DNA from: Emergencia sp. | GTDB lineage: Bacteria > Bacillota > Clostridia > Peptostreptococcales > Anaerovoracaceae | Assembly (NCBI GenBank): GCA_036305845.1 | Contig: JAXKAR010000015.1 | Location: 9,674 to 33,673, forward strand | DNA: 24,000 nucleotides | Direction of reading: 5' to 3' | Shown here: positions 23,401 to 24,000 of the stretch, in pieces | How positions within the stretch are numbered: the stretch's first letter is position 1 | How the letters are laid out: each line of letters starts with the position of its first letter | Translations under genes and position numbers: made by a program | Notes under the pieces: model-generated | Databases searched by the model: none | What the model saw: only the letters and a program-made list of their open reading frames with translations | What the model was told of the DNA's origin: nothing

Positions 23401-24000
23401 GCTCTGCCCGAAGAAGATTCTATCCATACCCTAAATCATATCGCCTTTGCCAGAGAGTCTAATGAACAGACTGCTTCTGCCGAAAAAGGATATCCGATTA
23501 CTGCACACGTGATTCACCTTACGCTGAAAAAATACTATGAGGATATCAGCTCAACTAAGATCAGAGAAAATATTGATTTGAACAGGGATATTTCTAACCT
23601 TATTGATACGGTTGCCCAGAATTACATTTATGACAGAAACTTGTATTTGCGGGAACCGGCGTACAAGCACATTTTACAGGCAAGGGAAATCAGTATCAGC
23701 CCTTATCGGCACAGGAATTTGGATGAAATGGACGGCATAGAGGAGGAAATGCTGGAGAGGGGCTATGATGTGGAAAAAGTACGCAAGTATCTTGAACGGG
23801 AAGGTGTGAGAAACTTATATGTGGAAAGCGGTATGCGTCACCGGCGTATCAATGCCTTTGCAGCTGCGCACCGTGTAGAAACCGGACAGCTTCTTGCAGA
23901 ATTTGAAGAACCTGCCGTTGCAGCACATATACGTGAAAATGCTTCCGGCAGTATTGCGGTTATCGGCGCATTGTTTACGGCGAAAGGCAAAAGTATTTCC
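20410..24000 (+). CDS. Giant multidomain protein, 3'-truncated by the window (>=1197 aa): HD phosphohydrolase domain, HEAT/ARM-like helical region, NadD/cytidylyltransferase-like domain, further C-terminal region
   Basis: This ORF is not in the supplied track. I translated it by hand line by line and found no stop in frame 1 from 20410 to 24000. Ribosome-binding site GAGGAA lies at 20397-20402; an alternative in-frame ATG lies at 20395. HD motifs are 'GHIGGVH' and 'AAAGHDIGK' (CAT-GAT at 21046-21051). HEAT-like signatures are 'SDIRNQAALIMGQMI' and 'TVRRAAGEGLLEIIG'. Nucleotidyltransferase motifs are 'GTFDPFSLGH' (23095-23124) and 'ISSTKIR' (23545-23565). Confidence 0.85.
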   Translation, partial: MQVYEELRNALKDKGFLKEIGKTQSQVDTELMQNNGKAFSRALCERVGEGGRFSVQDVVETAKGWINLFLDEPENGWANHCYHYILGQIFPEKGLPADAENYRQGRQLLLQILRGIYAYEAKYLPFDPTKNLQLLSDKEILEGGFTHEYIKLHKLVKQKYIYEFMRIGADITPFNTLGHIGGVHYVALYMARQMAEAGIPVDLGLVSGAAAGHDIGKYGCRKSEERRIPYLHYYYTDICYSRFEMPNIGHIAANHSTWDLELENLSAESLLLIYADFRVKSARNEIGEEIVHFYSLDDAYHVILEKLDNVDEVKRLRYQKVYNKLKDFESYMKENGVQTCLPADYSQKPEKAGKKIQRELVLLSGQDVVDQLKFSAVDHNIRLMSRFHSESEFGSLIEAARSERQWKNLRTYISIFGEYSTYMTEKQKLLTLKFLYELLAHKESDIRNQAALIMGQMIAGFSDEYKKEVPEGTMVPDRIVNNLTLWEQYLDKIIIPDHKMTEQHRKWISNCLDRVAKAVLNQCKVSCRYRYFDILQNYYREEKMSKETVMVLLDTACVISPEICTSEFLQRLGAFLAAQHGCYDKSIDIAVLKTAHHFFPGYSDDDYRKDLREVMGISGDDTVFDDNLSVMFLDNLKTGTPWIQKVTNIAFMLDYVAEGSDKGKMLHVATHLANLLKVSETLTVRRAAGEGLLEIIGHMPMEQRNELTVELFNGLELGDYQFSKYVPDYLGLVMLYLPTKELDESVDELQKVLETGNEKAATSVINTLGVMVEHYGQYKVRFSEDPAITEKRRFRLLNMILKAFANFNPIVSQEAFWTLGVHLFGSETLSFEEKTELFRHCYKKVMSLLLEKKEEDLDFYNHAAVLNHIYRYIARYQVEEGNFDLKPVKKVAFFPGTFDPFSLGHKAVATTIRNMGFEVYLALDEFSWSKNTQPRLQRRKIMTMSIADEDNIFVFPEDIPVNIANPADIRRLKEIFKGKELYIAVGTDVIKNASCYKALPEEDSIHTLNHIAFARESNEQTASAEKGYPITAHVIHLTLKKYYEDISSTKIRENIDLNRDISNLIDTVAQNYIYDRNLYLREPAYKHILQAREISISPYRHRNLDEMDGIEEEMLERGYDVEKVRKYLEREGVRNLYVESGMRHRRINAFAAAHRVETGQLLAEFEEPAVAAHIRENASGSIAVIGALFTAKGKSIS

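Noticed and set aside
20428-23427. All track ORFs in this interval (minus-strand 76-169 aa; + strand frame-2 ORFs of 64-65 aa)
   Set aside because: They are overridden by the uninterrupted 3.6-kb + strand frame-1 ORF, which carries HD and nucleotidyltransferase motifs. None of the short ORFs has a motif or a ribosome-binding site.
1-24000. CRISPR arrays, rRNA genes, IS transposases, toxin-antitoxin pairs and obvious defence-system genes
   Set aside because: I found no regularly spaced repeat array, no rRNA-like segment, and no transposase, integrase or nuclease signatures in any frame I inspected.

Overview
This window looks like the chromosome of a low-GC Gram-positive bacterium, probably Clostridia or Lachnospiraceae-like. 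That guess rests on AGGAGG-type ribosome-binding sites, the PFOR/Nfn genes and a sigma-54 regulator. Reading left to right: (1) The tail of a phage- or ICE-like gene set (a sigma-70 region-4-like HTH protein and two tiny acidic ORFs) abuts the 3' end of a minus-strand tRNA-Arg(ACG). (2) An LCP (LytR-CpsA-Psr) envelope protein. (3) A four-gene redox operon: an anchorless RnfB-like polyferredoxin, pyruvate:ferredoxin oxidoreductase, an NfnA-like subunit and an NfnB-like subunit. (4) A 258-bp noncoding segment bounded by 27-bp inverted repeats. (5) An operon of two paralogous class-I glutamine amidotransferase / peptidase C26 proteins, translationally coupled to a macrodomain protein. (6) pstS-pstC-pstA-pstB-phoU behind a Pho-box promoter, in which PstS is circularly permuted relative to canonical PstS. 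(7) A convergent NhaC-family transporter driven by a consensus sigma-54 promoter. (8) A divergent sigma-54 enhancer-binding protein whose ~370-aa N-terminal sensor resembles an MDR-type dehydrogenase; from memory it is closest to 3,5-diaminohexanoate dehydrogenase (Kdd). (9) Fifteen nt downstream of that regulator, a reading frame of at least 1197 codons runs from 20410 to the window end. It is missing from the supplied ORF track because it has no in-window stop. It encodes an HD phosphohydrolase domain, a long HEAT/ARM-like helical region, a NadD/cytidylyltransferase-like domain and a further truncated C-terminal region. The transporter, regulator and giant protein (16495-24000) are my best candidate for an undescribed system. 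All homology statements come from motif recognition by eye; no database search was run.
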